Part shown: in pieces, positions 28,601 through 39,349 of the stretch
How positions within the stretch are numbered: position 1 is the stretch's first letter
Layout of the letters: each line of letters starts with the position of its first letter
Notes under the pieces: generated by a model
Told to the model about the DNA's origin: nothing
Database searches by the model: none
Seen by the model: the letters and a program-made list of their open reading frames with translations, nothing else
Program-made: the position numbers and the translations under genes
DNA from: Ranitomeya imitator
Taxonomy: Eukaryota
NCBI RefSeq assembly: GCF_032444005.1
Contig: NC_091288.1
Coordinates: 203,484,001-203,548,000 of the forward strand
DNA length: 64,000 nt
Direction: 5' to 3'

Positions 28601-31600
28601 GGTCTTCACTTCTGCGCCAGTAATTCTAGCTGCTTCTTGGACTTAATAGACCCCATAAAGTCGTAATAAAATTCAGGAACCCCCATGATGACGGTGAAAG
28701 ATTGACGGGAGCAGAAGTGAAAATTACCTGCGACAAAGGTCTGGACTGGGCCGCAAATCACTTCGCCCAACTCTAATCTTGTGTTGTTGCTTCCTCTCTA
28801 TCAATACTATGTAGACACAGATTAAAATAAAATCTGTAGCAGCCGGCTCCCCCTAGATAACAGAAACCATGGAAAGTCTACTTCTAAAGCAGATAGATGA
28901 AGCTGCAACCCATAATGAGGTCCTGGTTATGGGGGACTTTAACTACCCGGATATTAACTGGGAAACAGAAACCTGTGAAACCCATAAAGGCAACAGGTTT
29001 CTACTAATAACCAAGAAAAATTATCTTTCACAATTGGTGCAGAATCCAACCAGAGGAGCAGCACTTTTAGACCTAATACTATCTAATAGACCTGACAGAA
29101 TAACAAATCTGCAGGTGGTCGGGCATTTAGGAAATAGCGACCACAATATTGTACAGTTTCACCTGTCTTTCACTAGGGGGACTTGTCAGGGAGTCACAAA
29201 AACATTGAACTTTAGGAAGGCAAAGTTTGAACAGCTTAGAGATGCCCTTAATCTGGTAGACTGGGACAATATCCTCAGAAATGAGAATACAGATAATAAA
29301 TGGGAAATGTTTAAGAACATCCTAAATAGGCAGTGTAAGCGGTTTATACCTTGTGGGAATAAAAGGACTAGAAATAGGAAAAACCCAATGTGGCTAAACA
29401 AAGAAGTAAGACAGGCAATTAACAGTAAAAAGAAACCATTTGCACTATTAAAGCAGGATGGCACCATTGAAGCTCTAAAAAACTATAGGGAGAAAAATAC
29501 TTTATCTAAAAAACTAATTAAAGCTGCCAAAAAGGAAACAGAGAAGCACATTGCTAAGGAGAGTAAAACTAATCCCAAACTGTTCTTCAACTATATCAAT
29601 AGTAAAAGAATAAAAACTGAAAATGTAGGCCCCTTAAAAAATAGTGAGGAAAGAATGGTTGTAGATGACGAGGAAAAAGCTAACATATTAAACACCTTCT
29701 TCTCCACGGTATTCACGGTGGAAAATGAAATGCTAGGTGAAATTCCAAGAAACAATGAAAACCCTATATTAAGGGTCACCAATCTAACCCAAGAAGAGGT
29801 GCGAAACCGGCTAAATAAGATTAAAATGGATAAATCTCCGGGTCCGGATGGCATACACCCACGAGTACTAAGGGAACTAAGTAATGTAATAGATAAACCA
29901 TTATTTCTTATTTTTAGTGACTCTATAGCGACAGGGTCTGTTCCGCAGGACTGGCGCATAGCAAATGTGGTGCCAATATTCAAAAAGGGCTCTAAAAGTG
30001 AACCTGGAAATTATAGGCCAGTAAGTCTAACCTCTATTGTTGGTAAAATATTTGAAGGGTTTCTGAGGGATGTTATTCTGGATTATCTCAATGAGAATAA
30101 CTGTTTAACTCCATATCAGCATGGGTTTATGAGAAATCGCTCCTGTCAAACCAATCTAATCAGTTTTTATGAAGAGGTAAGCTATAGGCTGGACCACGGT
30201 GAGTCATTGGACGTGGTATATCTCGATTTTTCCAAAGCGTTTGATACCGTGCCGCACAAGAGGTTGGTACACAAAATGAGAATGCTTGGTCTGGGGGAAA
30301 ATGTGTGTAAATGGGTTAGTAACTGGCTTAGTGATAGAAAGCAGAGGGTGGTTATAAATGGTATAGTCTCTAACTGGGTCGCTGTGACCAGTGGGGTACC
30401 GCAGGGGTCGGTATTGGGACCTGTTCTCTTCAACATATTCATTAATGATCTGGTAGAAGGTTTACACAGTAAAATATCGATATTTGCAGATGATACAAAA
30501 CTATGTAAAGCAGTTAATACAAGAGAAGATAGTATTCTGCTACAGATGGATCTGGATAAGTTGGAAACTTGGGCTGAAAGGTGGCAGATGAGGTTTAACA
30601 ATGATAAATGTAAGGTTATACACATGGGAAGAGGGAATCAATATCACCATTACACACTGAACGGGAAACCACTGGGTAAATCTGACAGGGAGAAGGACTT
30701 GGGGATCCTAGTTAATGATAAACTTACCTGGAGCAGCCAGTGCCAGGCAGCAGCTGCCAAGGCAAACAGGATCATGGGGTGCATTAAAAGAGGTCTGGAT
30801 ACACATGATGAGAGCATTATACTGCCTCTGTACAAATCCCTAGTTAGACCGCACATGGAGTACTGTGTCCAGTTTTGGGCACCGGTGCTCAGGAAGGATA
30901 TAATGGAACTAGAGAGAGTACAAAGGAGGGCAACAAAATTAATAAAGGGGATGGGAGAACTACAATACCCAGATAGATTAGCGAAATTAGGATTATTTAG
31001 TCTAGAAAAAAGACGACTGAGGGGCGATCTAATAACCATGTATAAGTATATAAGGGGACAATACAAATATCTCGCTGAGGATCTGTTTATACCAAGGAAG
31101 GTGACGGGCACAAGGGGGCATTCTTTGCGTCTGGAGGAGAGAAGGTTTTTCCACCAACATAGAAGAGGATTCTTTACTGTTAGGGCAGTGAGAATCTGGA
31201 ATTGCTTGCCTGAGGAGGTGGTGATGGCGAACTCAGTCGAGGGGTTCAAGAGAGGCCTGGATGTCTTCCTGGAGCAGAACAATATTGTATCATACAATTA
31301 TTAGGTTCTGTAGAAGGACGTAGATCTGGGTATTTATTATGATGGAATATAGGCTGAACTGGATGGACAAATGTCTTTTTTCGGCCTTACTAACTATGTT
31401 AGTGGCAGCAGCAGAAAGAGATTTTTTTTATTACTCACCTACTGCTCTGCAAATGGGAGCCAGTGGTTTGGGAACTNNNNNNNNNNNNNNNNNNNNNNNN
31501 NNNNNNNNNNNNNNNNNNNNNNNNNNNNNNNNNNNNNNNNNNNNNNNNNNNNNNNNNNNNNNNNNNNNNNNNNNNNNNNNNNNNNNNNNNNNNNNNNNNN

Positions 31601-33601
31601 NNNNNNNNNNNTCTAAGGGTCACTTCCATCTTTCTGTCTGTTCTTCTGTCTGTCTGTCACGGAAATCCCAATTCGCTGATTGGTCGCGGCAAAACAGCCA
31701 CGACCAATCAGCGACGGGCACAGTCCGGCGGCAAAATGGCCACTCCTTACTCCCCACAGTCAGTGCCCGCTCTATACTCCCCTCCAGTCACCGCTCACAC
31801 AGGGTTAATGGTAGCGCTAACGGACCGCGTTATGCTGCGGTGTAACGCACTCCGTTACTGCAGCTATTAACCCTGTGTGTCCCCAACTATTTACTATTGA
31901 TGCTGCCTATGCGGCCTCAATAGTAAAAAGATCTAATGTTAAAAATAATTAAAAAAATAGTTATATACTCACCGTCCGTCGGCCCCCCGGATCCAGAACA
32001 GGCTTTTCCCGCTCCTCGCGATGCTCCGGTGACCGCTCCATGCATTGCAGTTTCGCGAGATGATGACGTAGCAGTCTCGCAAGACTGCAATGCACTCTTG
32101 GGACCGGAGGGCGCAAGGAGCATCAGTAAACGCTTCGCCTGGATCCGGGGGCCAACGGAGGGTGAGTATATAACTATTTTTTTATTTTAATTCTTTTTTT
32201 TAACAGGGATATGATGCCCACATTGCAATATACTATGTGGGCTGTGCAATATACTGCGTGGGCTGTGCAATATACTGCGTGGGCTGTGCAATATACTACG
32301 TGGGCTGTGCAATGTACTACGTGGGCTGTGCAGTATACTGCGTGGGCTGTGCAATGTACTACGTGGGCTGTGCAGTATACTGCGTGGGCTGTGCAATATA
32401 CTGCGTGGGCTGTGCAATATACTACGTGGGCTGTGCAATGTACTACGTGGGCTGTGCAATATACTGCGTGGGCTGTGCAATGTACTACGTGGGCTGTGCA
32501 GTATACTGCGTGGGCTGTGCAATATACTGCGTGGGCTGTGCAGTATACTGCGTGGGCTGTGCAGTATACTGCGTGGGCTGTGCAATATACTGCGTGGGCT
32601 GTGCAATATACTATGTGGGCTGTGCAATATACTATGTGGGCTGTGCAATATACTATGTGGGCTGTGCAATATACTACGTGGGCTGTGCAGTATGCTACGT
32701 GGGCTGTGCAATATGCTACGTGGGCTGTGTTATACACTACGTGGGCTGTGTTATATACTACGTGAGCTGTGTTATACGCTACGTGGGCTGTTATACACTC
32801 CGTGGGCTGTGCTATATACTACGTGGCTGTGCTATATACTCCGTGGGCTGTGTTATGTACTACGTGGCTGTGCTATATACTACGTGGGCTGTGCAATATA
32901 CTGCGTGGGCTGTGCAATATACTGCGTGGGCTGTGCAATATACTGCGTGGGCTGTGCAATATACTGCGTGGCTGTGCAATATACTGCGTGGCTGTGCAAT
33001 ATACTGCGTGGCTGTGCAATATACTACGTGGCTGTGCAATATACTACGTGGCTGGGCAATATACTACGTGGCTGGGCAATATACTACGTGGCTGGGCAAT
33101 ATACTACAAGGCTGTGCTATTTACTACGTGGGCTGTTATATACTAGGTGGCTGTGCAATATACTACGTGGCCGGCCGCAAACAATCAGCAACAGGCGCAG
33201 TCCGGCCGCGAATTGGCGCGGGATTTGAACCACGCTTCGCTAATTGTTCGCTGCCAGCCGGATCCTGTGTATTTAAGGTATTATTCTAAAATCTTCATAA
33301 ATAAACTACATACATATTCTAGAATACCCGATGCGTTAGAATNNNNNNNNNNNNNNNNNNNNNNNNNNNNNNNNNNNNNNNNNNNNNNNNNNNNNNNNNN
33401 NNNNNNNNNNNNNNNNNNNNNNNNNNNNNNNNNNNNNNNNNNNNNNNNNNNNNNNNNNNNNNNNNNNNNNNNNNNNNNNNNNNNNNNNNNNTAGATATAG
33501 CAGAGACTGACGCTGATGAAGACTGTCGTCGTCTTGCCGTGAGTGGCCTGCTGCTAATGGAGAAATTACAGAGTAACCTCCAGGCATCACCCGACGTCTG
33601 A
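13655..33601 (+). CDS. TELO2: Telomere length regulation protein TEL2 homolog (TTT complex subunit)
   Basis: Exons: 13655-13983, 14840-15120, 15389-15457, 15916-16063, 16568-16670, 16765-16833, 17076-17217, 17292-17428, 20621-20721, 20806-20895, 23979-24067, 24580-24668, 24770-24886, 25271-25342, 25659-25823, 27571-27662, 28027-28126, 28235-28299, 28386-28501, 33495-33601 (TGA). Total 2481 nt = 826 aa, all in frame. Recognisable motifs: [26 protein letters not shown]|[65 protein letters not shown] at ~33838 and ~33858. Confidence 0.96.
17623..20212. repeat. 86-bp satellite, ~30 copies, TELO2 intron
   Basis: Unit acattactgatcctgagttacatcctgtattatactccagagctgcactcactattctgctggtgcagtcactgtgtacatacatt; the ORF track repeats every 86 nt. 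Confidence 0.97.
20237..20585. mobile_element. PIF/Harbinger-type MITE
   Basis: TIRs GGGTATGTGCACAC / GTGTGCACATACCC flanked by TAA on both sides (20234-20236, 20586-20588). Confidence 0.85.
22109..23730. repeat. 46-48 bp minisatellite (gtatggaggtattatgtggactgtatatggcagtattatcctgtcaat), ~34 copies, TELO2 intron
   Basis: Direct inspection. Confidence 0.95.
25858..27475. repeat. 60-bp satellite, ~27 copies, each with a CTCF-like motif on the - strand, TELO2 intron
   Basis: Successive 60-nt lines are in register; unit tgaatctctatatgcagagagctccccctagtggtgactgcagacataataatcttatcc. Confidence 0.96.
28850..31401 (+). mobile_element. 5'-truncated CR1-clade LINE in the last TELO2 intron, sense orientation
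   Basis: Partial APE endonuclease ([23 protein letters not shown]) plus a full RT ([40 protein letters not shown]). C-terminus [10 protein letters not shown]...RRLRGDLI...TRGH is CR1-typical. 3' UTR ends in ...cttactaactatgtta, a CR1-type tail. Confidence 0.95.
28869..31304 (+). CDS. CR1 ORF2 reverse transcriptase, N-terminally truncated (811 aa, no stops)
   Basis: ORF track and the motifs listed for the CR1 element; expression is not demonstrated. Confidence 0.8.
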   Translation: MESLLLKQIDEAATHNEVLVMGDFNYPDINWETETCETHKGNRFLLITKKNYLSQLVQNPTRGAALLDLILSNRPDRITNLQVVGHLGNSDHNIVQFHLSFTRGTCQGVTKTLNFRKAKFEQLRDALNLVDWDNILRNENTDNKWEMFKNILNRQCKRFIPCGNKRTRNRKNPMWLNKEVRQAINSKKKPFALLKQDGTIEALKNYREKNTLSKKLIKAAKKETEKHIAKESKTNPKLFFNYINSKRIKTENVGPLKNSEERMVVDDEEKANILNTFFSTVFTVENEMLGEIPRNNENPILRVTNLTQEEVRNRLNKIKMDKSPGPDGIHPRVLRELSNVIDKPLFLIFSDSIATGSVPQDWRIANVVPIFKKGSKSEPGNYRPVSLTSIVGKIFEGFLRDVILDYLNENNCLTPYQHGFMRNRSCQTNLISFYEEVSYRLDHGESLDVVYLDFSKAFDTVPHKRLVHKMRMLGLGENVCKWVSNWLSDRKQRVVINGIVSNWVAVTSGVPQGSVLGPVLFNIFINDLVEGLHSKISIFADDTKLCKAVNTREDSILLQMDLDKLETWAERWQMRFNNDKCKVIHMGRGNQYHHYTLNGKPLGKSDREKDLGILVNDKLTWSSQCQAAAAKANRIMGCIKRGLDTHDESIILPLYKSLVRPHMEYCVQFWAPVLRKDIMELERVQRRATKLIKGMGELQYPDRLAKLGLFSLEKRRLRGDLITMYKYIRGQYKYLAEDLFIPRKVTGTRGHSLRLEERRFFHQHRRGFFTVRAVRIWNCLPEEVVMANSVEGFKRGLDVFLEQNNIVSYNY
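31612..33342 (+). mobile_element. Non-autonomous Helitron-like element, both termini lost in N gaps
   Basis: Starts tctaagggtcacttcc...(ctgt)n and ends tattctagaatacccgatgcgttagaat[gap]. These match the 5' and 3' subterminal sequences of the copy at 51.5-52.0 kb. Confidence 0.7.
32230..33170. repeat. 21-bp minisatellite (gtgggctgtgcaatatactgc) inside the Helitron-like element
   Basis: Direct inspection; produces artefactual 7-aa repeat ORFs. Confidence 0.95.
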
Positions 33602-34343
33602 CCCTCTGAGCGGATGTATGGCTGACATGGAAACATTCCAGCGTCTGCATTATCCAATATCCGCTTCATACAATCTCCAATAATCCGGCACATGGGATTG
33701 GGACAGTGTTGGATGCCAGATGAGCTGTAATCCCAGAGTTTTGCTATATAATCTGTATCTTATTGGTTATGGATTAACCACAGGAGACGAGAGACGGATG
33801 AAACTGAGAACATGACGTTACCCGTATGATTATGTGAAATAAAGACATTTTCTACTAAATAAAGAAAATCGTCATTTTTTTTTTCTAAATTTTTTTAGGG
33901 GGTTACTATTACATAATCGTTGGTTGTCGCATGTTTCCGTTATCAAATGCTCATTTTAATACCTCTTACAGCCACTCTGACATGTAGTTTGCACAGTAAG
34001 TACACCAGCCTCATCAGGTCCAAGAGATGTACCTAATAATAATGTATTAGCATTACTTTGTATTAGAGAAATCTGTTGACAGATCCACTTTTAAGGGGTA
34101 ATCGCTTCTGCTTCAGGAGGTGAGCGGGGCCCTGGACAGGAGCCCTGAGATCTGACTCCTTTCTGTCCAAGTTTTTGTACCCGCAGATTTTTTATTTTTT
34201 TTTTTAATCTACATGCTGCCTTTTATTTTAAGGTCAAAATTTGATCTGTGTTTGCAGATTTTTCAATCCATGTCAATTTCGCCGGTTTTTTGTGTGCGTC
34301 GTTTTCAATTTGCGTATCTTGCCTATAGACCTAGGTGGCTTAA

Positions 34344-34660
34344 AGGGACACTGTCACCTGAATTTGGAGGGAACAATCTTTAGCCATGGAGGCGGGGTTT
34401 TGGGGTGTTTGATTCACCCTTTCCTTACCCGCTGGCTGCAATATTGGATTGAAGTTCATTCTCTGTCCTCCGTAGTACATGCCTGCACAGTGCAATCTTG
34501 CCTTGCACAGGCGTGTACTATGGAGCACAGACAATAAACTTCAATCCAATATTGTAGCCAGCATGCAGCCAGCGGGTAAGGAAAGGGTGAATCAAACACC
34601 CAAAAACCCCGCCTCCATGGCTGAAGATTGTTCCCTCCAAATTCAGGTGACAGTGTCCCT
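34344..34660. mobile_element. T2/Kolobok-type fold-back MITE
   Basis: TTAA on both sides (34340-34343, 34661-34664). Terminus AGGGACACTGTCACCTGAATTTGGAGGGAACAATCTT matches its reverse complement at the other end; the arms are near-complementary over more than 100 bp. Confidence 0.9.
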
Positions 34661-35333
34661 TTAAGTTTGCACGAAAAAATATCTGATCTGATGCAGATGA
34701 GAAGAAATATAAAAAAAAAAAAGTTAAAAATATAGAATATACTCCACATTGTGAGTGATTTCCACCGTCCTAGCAGGACTTCCATGCTGGTTTCGCCACA
34801 TTCTGCTCCTCAGGGGCTCTAGCGGTCACATGCAATGAAATGTTACTTGAAGGGGTCGTGGTGGAAGTCGCTAATTTGCAACATGATTTTGTGTAGATTT
34901 GCTGCAGAAGTGTTTTGATTAAATCAACAAAGTGTGAACATACTCTAATAAAGAAAAGCGGCTCTAGATTTCTTATATTCATTGCTAATAAAAGCATTTA
35001 TTAAAGCAGACCTGTCGGGAGAGATGAGCGGACTTCCTAAACACCCATGATGGTCAGAGGTGACCATAATTTTGGCTGCATAATGTAGCACACATTAACG
35101 GAAGTAAAGGCAATAATCCTCGTGTTTCCGAGACACGGCTGCATTTTCTCCTGCGTCATCACTTCTGCATATTTTGCTTTCATTTTTAACTGGTAGAACT
35201 GGAAATATGAGTCCTTGTGACTTATTTCCCGGGTTTAATGGTTGACGCCTCTGGAGTGAGTGCAACAGGAGATCTGCGTTGGATCCGGTATTGCCAGCCG
35301 CTGTTATCGGTCTTTTGATTGATTTTTGCCACA

Positions 35334-36587
35334 ATGGAGTCGCTGAACGCCGAGCTGATCTGCCCCATCTGTCTGGACCTCTATGATGACCCCGTGATGC
35401 TGAGCTGTGGGCACAACTTCTGCCAGGAGTGCATCAATCATGCCCTGGATTTTCCCAATGGATCTACAGACTTTAAATGTCCCGAGTGCAATGCAGTGTT
35501 TCTCCGACGTCCTGCCCTGCAGCGAAACCTGAAGCTGCGAAACATAGTGCAGCACCTACAAAGGGCTTCTCGCAACAATCTACAACGTTCTCTCTTGGAG
35601 CTACGCAGGGAGCAAGATGCCACCGAAAAAAGGCTTCATGGCCTCAACGAACAGAAAAGTCAAATTCAGGAAAGCTCACAGGCTCTGGAAATCGTCTTAA
35701 ACACATTTTTTACCATGATCGAAAAAGATATCAGGAGATCCCGGAAGATTGTTCTGGGGGAAATCTCTAGGAAAAAGGAGCACGCGCTGGTGCAGGTCTC
35801 CAAATTAATGGAGGAGCTGGCGTTAAGGAAGCAGGAGCTGTCCAGGAGGGTACATGAGACGCAGGAGCTGCTCCTCGTGGGCGGTCCTGTAGTGATGTCA
35901 CAGTTGGAGCCTGAAATAGAGGACGGGAAATTGCGAAGTGATAGCGCTGCAATTTTTTGGGATGAAACGCCCATCAGTTTGACTTTTAAGAAGTGCTTGT
36001 CCGGCGTGGTTCATATGTTTTCAGAATTAATTCAAATAATGCCCGAGCCAAAGACCTTGGACATAATCCTGGATGTAAACACCGCCTGTAAGGATATACA
36101 CGTATCGCCTGACCGCAGATCCGCCTCCAATATCGGCGCCCACCAGGGGCATCCAGAGGGGCCGGAGCGCTTTACCATCTGCCAGCTTCTGAGCACCTGT
36201 AGCCTTTCAACGCAGAGTTATTGGAAAGTGGATGTCAGTAAAGCCGAGGAATGGATTATCGGAGTGGCTTACCATAGCATGGGCCGGAAAGCGCTGACCA
36301 GTGACGCCTACATAGGGTACAACAACAAGTCGTGGGGTCTGGAGTGCCGCCAAAGCCTTTCTGCCCTGCATAATAACGTGAGGCAAGAAGTGACCGTCAA
36401 CTCTCCCGTCAAGCTGCTCGGGGTGTATGTGAACTATGAATCCGGACTAATATCGTTTTATCGGCTCAACAATCAATTCAGACACTTGTTTAGCTTCTCT
36501 GCCACCTTCACCGAGAGACTTCACGCTGCCTTCTGCGTGTTCCCAAATGGTTGCATAACAATCCGAAAAAGGAAGAGGGATCGTTAA
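35334..36587 (+). CDS. Intronless TRIM-like E3 ligase: C3HC4 RING, coiled coil, PRY-SPRY (B30.2); no B-box; 417 aa
   Basis: Good Kozak gccacaATGG. RING CPICLDLYDDPVMLSCGHNFCQECI...CPEC; linker PALQRNLKLRNIV; PRY ILDVNTACKDIHVS, PERF; SPRY YWKVDV, WIIGVAY, IGYNNKSWGL, LGVYVNYESGLISFY, HLFSFSATFTERLHAAF. Confidence 0.9.
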   Translation: MESLNAELICPICLDLYDDPVMLSCGHNFCQECINHALDFPNGSTDFKCPECNAVFLRRPALQRNLKLRNIVQHLQRASRNNLQRSLLELRREQDATEKRLHGLNEQKSQIQESSQALEIVLNTFFTMIEKDIRRSRKIVLGEISRKKEHALVQVSKLMEELALRKQELSRRVHETQELLLVGGPVVMSQLEPEIEDGKLRSDSAAIFWDETPISLTFKKCLSGVVHMFSELIQIMPEPKTLDIILDVNTACKDIHVSPDRRSASNIGAHQGHPEGPERFTICQLLSTCSLSTQSYWKVDVSKAEEWIIGVAYHSMGRKALTSDAYIGYNNKSWGLECRQSLSALHNNVRQEVTVNSPVKLLGVYVNYESGLISFYRLNNQFRHLFSFSATFTERLHAAFCVFPNGCITIRKRKRDR

Positions 36588-36899
36588 ATGTGTCTATGCC
36601 CAAAATTATACCCCCTTTCCAACTTTTCCTATGGACAGCATACACTTTTGGATAAGATGTGTCCCTGTAATAGTCCTGGTGGTCTAGAGTAGTTGACCAT
36701 TGGTTCATAGGGGCTCTGTCTCCTTTATAAAAGGTGTGGCAGCAGTACGATTCATATCATTTAACCACAGGGTCAGAGGGGGGAATTTTGGGCCAAATCT
36801 AGTTTTTCTACCCCTTTACACAACATTTTTAAATGCTGTACCCACCTCATGTTTGTACAGAATAATCTCTCCTGTTCTGTGCACATATAGCACCGCCAT

Positions 36900-37810
36900 T
36901 TTATGCATATAAATACTGCTGCAATGCTATACACATACTGTAAATACCACTGCTATGCTACATACACACTATTACATTATTTAAAAAATGCTCTTGCCCC
37001 ATGTGTGCATAAATAATGCTGTTCTGCCATACAAATCTTATAAATACTACTACGATGCTATATGTACAATATTACATTACCAAAAAATAATGTTGCCCTA
37101 TGCGTAAATAATGCTTCTATGCCAACTGTAAATATAACTGCTATACTGTACGTATACACAATATTACATTACCTAGCAAAAAATTGTCCCATATATGCAT
37201 AAATAGCGCTGTTGTGCCATACACATACTGTAAATACCACTGCTACACTATAAACACAATATTACATTGCTTAAAAAATACCGTTAACCCATATACTATA
37301 TACCGTAAATAAATAATGCTGCTATGCCATACACATACTGTAAATACCACTGCTACGCTATACACACAATATTACATTGCTTAAAAAAAATACACTTGCC
37401 CTATACTGTATAAATGCTGCTATGCCATAATCCAATTATAAATACCACTGCTATACTGTATACACTATGACACTACCTAGCACAAAACTTGCCCCATATA
37501 TGCATAAATAGTCCAGCCATGACATACGCATACTGTTACGCTATATACACTATTACATTGCTTAAAAAATACTGCTGCTCTATATACTGTATACATAAAT
37601 AATGCTGCCATGCCATAAACCAACTGTAAATACCACCGATATGCTATAAACACAATATTTTATTATCTAAAAAAAACTGTTGCTCCATATATGCATAAAT
37701 AATGCGGCTATGCCATACACAAACTAAATATCACTGCTACACTATATACACAGTATTATATCACTTTAATACTTTTGCCCTCATTATGCATGCATAGTGC
37801 TGCTATATTG
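36900..37810. repeat. Degenerate AT-rich tandem repeat (gctatgccatacacatactgtaaataccactgcta...attacattgcttaaaaaa)
   Basis: Recurrent motifs about every 100-125 bp. Confidence 0.7.
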
Positions 37811-38513
37811 TGATTCTACCGACTTTTATGTCCTTTGGGAAATTTTGAGGTCATGAGAGGGTAAAAAATGATCTTACCGCAACCATGTATGCATCATTAT
37901 TCTGTGTCAGCTCTTATCATTGAATGAAGACAATGTTGAATCATGCATTGCAATTTATTTCATTCCTTCTCCATTCATTGTCTGTTCATCTTCTGTGATC
38001 TCTGTCACTGCTTATGCAGAGCACAGCAGTCAAGATGAGTTTGTTATTGACTGCTGCGCTCTGCATAGGCAGTGATCAAGATGACAAAGCTCAATTCATT
38101 ATGCTGAGCTTTGTCATTTCTGCTGCTGCATATACAGATCGCTGCAATCAAGGTGCGCTTGTCATCCGGCTGCTGTGCTCTGCATAGGCAATGACCAAAA
38201 TGACAAAGCTCAATTCATATACTGTGCTTTATTTGGTTTGCTACCCCTATAGAGCGCAGAAGTCAAGATGAATATGTTATCAGCTGCTGTGCTCTGCATT
38301 AGCAGTGACCAAGATGACAACGGTCAATATATTATACGGAGCTTTGTCATTTTGGTTGCTTCCTCTGCAGAGCGCACCCGCAGATGACAAACTCATGCCA
38401 CCTTCCGTGCTCTGCATAACCTCAGTCCGTAACCAGATATCATATATGATAACATATAATCCGGTAACTGTCATCACACAACCGCACTTGCTGTTGTAAT
38501 TAATAGCTCATTG

Positions 38514-38555
38514 CCTCCCCAACATGTTTCGCCTAACCAGCTTCATCAGGGGTTT
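38514..38555 (-). ncRNA. Minimal type-I hammerhead ribozyme motif
   Basis: Minus strand reads CCC-CUGAUGA-A-GCU(GGUUA)GGC-GAAA-CAUG-UU-GGG: canonical core, stem II of 3 bp, palindromic ACAUGU stem III, stem I of 3 G-C bp, GUU cleavage triplet. Confidence 0.7.
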
Positions 38556-39349
38556 AAGATAAAATTGTGAGTGAGCCCAGTCTCTTGGATGAAAAGCCCC
38601 CACGCCTGAATGGTCTCAAGAAGCTTTACTGTTGGCAGACACAAGACTCATTGTAGAGTTCAGCTCTTCTTCTCCGGACAATCATTCTTCCAGATGTCCC
38701 AGACAGTCTGAAGGGGGCTTCATCAGAGAAAATAACTTTGTACAGGGATTGAACTGCAGAGATATAGGCTTATGAAACCACAATTCTGGCATTTTGATTA
38801 TTTTTCTGATTATTGCAATTACTGTAGGAGTTAATTAATTTTATATATTGAAAGACCAGACTGGAGGCAGAGATATCAAATATGTTTATTTTTTAATCTT
38901 TAATGAAAGGGAAAAGGTGTTGCTAAAATCCTATTTATTTTTTACACCTTTATTTTTTACTGTGTAGAGTGCAGCAGTCAAATCTTCACAGCTGCTGCCC
39001 TCTGCACACTGACTCCGCTCTGCTCAGTAAACGTGAGGCCTCATTCAGACATAACGTTGCCTGTGCGAAGCGCTTCAAAGATGGCTGTCACTAGTTACTG
39101 GGCTCTGTACATCAAATCTGAAGGTGCTGAGCTCTGTAGCCAGTGACAATGTCATCCCTTGTCTGATGTGCTCTGCATAGGCAGAATTAAAGGCTCATTC
39201 GGAAGTCCGCGGTGCATCTTGTCTGAATGAGGCTTTACATTGATGGAGCTGAATCCGTGTTCAGAGCACTGCAGTGTGAGGATTACTCAGCTAAACTCTG
39301 AACACTAGAAGCGACAGCGCTGGTGAGAACCCATTGGCCAGCCTGGTAT

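Noticed and set aside
29186-31297. Minus-strand ORFs of 93-215 aa
   Set aside because: Antisense shadows of CR1 ORF2.
32174-33289. Cys/Tyr-rich 7-aa repeat ORFs (keratin-associated-protein-like)
   Set aside because: Translations of a 21-bp minisatellite inside a Helitron in a TELO2 intron, open in several frames on both strands.
35170-35240. ISRE/GAS-like elements upstream of the TRIM gene (GCTTTCATTTTT; TTCCCGGGT)
   Set aside because: Only a half IRF site, and the GAS lacks the terminal AA; both are expected by chance.
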